Position numbers and translations under genes: made by a program. A DNA stretch of 38,049 bases from Modestobacter sp. (GTDB taxonomy: Bacteria > Actinomycetota > Actinomycetes > Mycobacteriales > Geodermatophilaceae), in contig JAOPWO010000388.1 of assembly GCA_025965635.1 (NCBI GenBank), positions 1 through 38,049 on the forward strand. Reading direction: 5' to 3'. The notes under the pieces were generated by a model. It did no database searches and was not told the DNA's origin. It saw nothing but the letters and a program-made list of their open reading frames with translations. Positions 36,355-38,049 of this stretch are shown here, in pieces (within the stretch, counting starts at the first letter, position 1; each line of letters begins with the position of its first letter).

Positions 36355-36839
36355 CCCGGTCCGACCAGGACAGCGTCCTGGAACCCGCCGCGCTGGCGCT
36401 CTGGCAGCGGCTCCTGGCCCGTCGTCCGGACCACACCGGCGGCGAGGCGATCGTCGTCGCGACCTCCAGCCGGCCGCCGGCCGTGTCTCTGCTGACCGCG
36501 TCGAGCGTCCGGCTCCGCGGCACGAGGCTCACCCTGGCCGTGCACTCCGCCAGCTCGGTGGCCCGCCTCGACGCCGACTCCGCGACCTTGCTGTCGGCCC
36601 TCGACGGCGCCACTCTGCGGCTGTACGGCTCCATCGTGGACCGGCGCACGCAGGACCACGTCACCGTCGTGGACGTGGACGTGGACGCGGTGGCAGCGCT
36701 CCACGAGGACCCGTGGGACTTCCACGTCGCCTTCACCACGGCACGGCCCGATGCCGCCCGGCCGCTGCTGTCCTACTGGGCCGGGCTCAGCAGCTGGCTG
36801 GACCGGGACGACGGCTCGCTGCCGCCGGCCCCTTCCTGA
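36351..36839 (+). CDS. Hypothetical protein translationally coupled to ubiX; probable FMN-binding split-barrel (PNPOx-like) accessory protein
   Basis: GTGA overlap with the ubiX stop, 162 aa. The pattern AIVVATSSRPPAVSLLTASSVRLRGTRLTLAVHSASSVARL..ATL resembles PNPOx-like beta-strand motifs. Fold is inferred by eye. Confidence 0.6.
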   Translation: MTRSDQDSVLEPAALALWQRLLARRPDHTGGEAIVVATSSRPPAVSLLTASSVRLRGTRLTLAVHSASSVARLDADSATLLSALDGATLRLYGSIVDRRTQDHVTVVDVDVDAVAALHEDPWDFHVAFTTARPDAARPLLSYWAGLSSWLDRDDGSLPPAPS

Positions 36840-36910
36840 CGTCAGCCGCCCCGGCTCGGCGGCGGTGACCAGCGCGGGACCTCCGCACGGCAGCGGGCGG
36901 GCGGCACGTC

Positions 36911-36927
36911 GTTCCGCACACCGGCAC
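36911..36927. promoter_or_regulatory. Third copy of the 17-bp palindromic operator, upstream of ubiD
   Basis: GTTCCG-CACAC-CGGCAC, with arms identical to the 35582 site. Confidence 0.6.
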
Positions 36928-37095
36928 GCCGCCCTTGTAGGGCTGCGACGGCGGATCCAGCCTGGCAGGGCGCGACGCGCAGTGCGTTCCGTCCGCGGTC
37001 GACCCCGCGCCGGTCACCTGATCGCTCCCACGCCCACCACGATCCCCGGGTCCGGCCGCTCGCCGGTGAGGACCTCTTCGAAAGGCGGACCCCCC

Positions 37096-38049
37096 GTGGC
37101 CACCCCAGGATTCGACAGCCTGCAGAGCTTCCTCGACGCCCTCGAGGCCGACGGGCAACTCGTGCGCGTCAAGGGATCGGTGGACCTCGACTTCGAGGCC
37201 TCGGCCGTGGCACGTGCCCTGCCCGAGACCGCACTGCTGTTCGAGGACGTCGTCGGCGTCGACATGCCGCTGGCGATGAACGTGTTCGGCAACTACCGGA
37301 TGCTCGAGCTGGCGTTCGGCGTCGACCGCGCCTCCCTGCTGACGCACTACATGGAGCTGGTCCAGCACCCCGTGGCCCCGCGGAAGGTGGAGACGGGGCC
37401 CGTGAAGGACGTCGTCCTCCTCGGTGACGAGTGCGATCTGAGCCGGCTGCCCACCCCCCTCTACAACGAGTTCGACGGCGGTCGGTACGTCGACGCCGCG
37501 GTCGCCGTGTGCCATGAGCCGGCGCTCGGCAGCAACCTGTCGATCCAGCGCCTGCAGGTCACCGGCCCGCGCCGGATGGGCATCTGGTCCGCCCCGAGCC
37601 ACCACCTGAGCGTCTACTACTCCCGCGCGGAGGAGAAGGACCAGCCGCTCGAGGTCGCCTTCGCCATCGGCTGCGACCCGTACGTGCAGCTCGCCTCCCA
37701 GGTCTACGCGGCCACAGATCTCGACGAGTACGAGGTGGCCGGCGCGCTGCGCGGCGCCCCGATCGACCTGGTGAAGTGCGAGACGCTCGACGTCTGGGTC
37801 CCCGCCAACGCCAACATCGTCATCGAGGCGCGGATGCTCCCCCACGTCCGCGAGATGGAGGGGCCCTTCGGCGAGTTCCCGGGCTACTACGGAGCTGCCG
37901 GCATGCGGCCCGTCCTCGAGGTCACGGCGATCACGCACCGCCGCGACGCCATCTGCCAGGGCATCCGTCTCGGCAAGCCCCCGGCGGAGAACGTGTACAT
38001 GACGGCGCTGCCGAAGGCAGCGGAGGTGTACCGGCTGGTCAAGCAGGTC
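37096..38049 (+). CDS. ubiD: UbiD-family prenylated-FMN-dependent (de)carboxylase, 5' part (runs off right edge)
   Basis: Not in the ORF track because it is open at the edge. GTG 37096 after AAAGGCGG. SLQSFLDALEADGQLVRV, ALLFEDV, DLSRLP, DGGRYV, NLSIQRLQ (catalytic Arg), EVAFAIGCDP, EYEVAGALRG, VPANANIVIE, EGPFGEFPGYY, VTAITHR. Symbol denotes the family, not necessarily ubiquinone synthesis. Confidence 0.95.
   Translation, partial: MATPGFDSLQSFLDALEADGQLVRVKGSVDLDFEASAVARALPETALLFEDVVGVDMPLAMNVFGNYRMLELAFGVDRASLLTHYMELVQHPVAPRKVETGPVKDVVLLGDECDLSRLPTPLYNEFDGGRYVDAAVAVCHEPALGSNLSIQRLQVTGPRRMGIWSAPSHHLSVYYSRAEEKDQPLEVAFAIGCDPYVQLASQVYAATDLDEYEVAGALRGAPIDLVKCETLDVWVPANANIVIEARMLPHVREMEGPFGEFPGYYGAAGMRPVLEVTAITHRRDAICQGIRLGKPPAENVYMTALPKAAEVYRLVKQV

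Noticed and set aside
1-38049. CRISPR arrays, tRNA/rRNA genes, riboswitches, prophage or defence genes
   Set aside because: No regularly spaced repeats, RNA-gene signatures, or phage/defence motifs were seen by eye. A covariance-model search (Rfam/Infernal) would be needed to exclude small RNAs.

Overview
A 38 kb window from a very GC-rich actinobacterium. Gene content suggests a Geodermatophilaceae-like soil organism, but that is inference only. It is a mosaic accessory region with several gene relics. From left to right: (1) the 5' part of a membrane protein gene, a lipoprotein and a broken thiolase; (2) a minus-strand cluster of a MalT-like LuxR regulator, a small conserved protein, a DUF4386 protein and an SRPBCC protein, with a palindromic operator; (3) an ABC-2 exporter divergent from a large AAA+LuxR regulator; (4) a decayed STAS gene, an RsbW-like ATPase and two GAF-ANTAR proteins; (5) a TetR relic with intact tandem operators ahead of DUF4386, MDR oxidoreductase and DUF4389 genes; (6) a DosS/DosR(DevS/DevR)-like two-component pair with DosR-box-like sites and a putative hypoxia/redox regulon; (7) a cluster of IS3-family scars; (8) an MMPL transporter and TetR pair with a 38-bp perfect palindrome between them; (9) an IS481 relic, then a divergent metabolic cluster. 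That cluster has a ComD/ComE-like TPP decarboxylase and a NitT/TauT ABC importer on one side, and UbiX, a split-barrel-like small protein and UbiD (runs off the window) on the other. A repeated GTTCCG-N5-CGGAAC-type palindrome links the two arms. Cluster (9) is the best candidate for an undescribed pathway. No rRNA, tRNA or CRISPR array was seen. All family calls come from motif recognition by eye, not from database searches.
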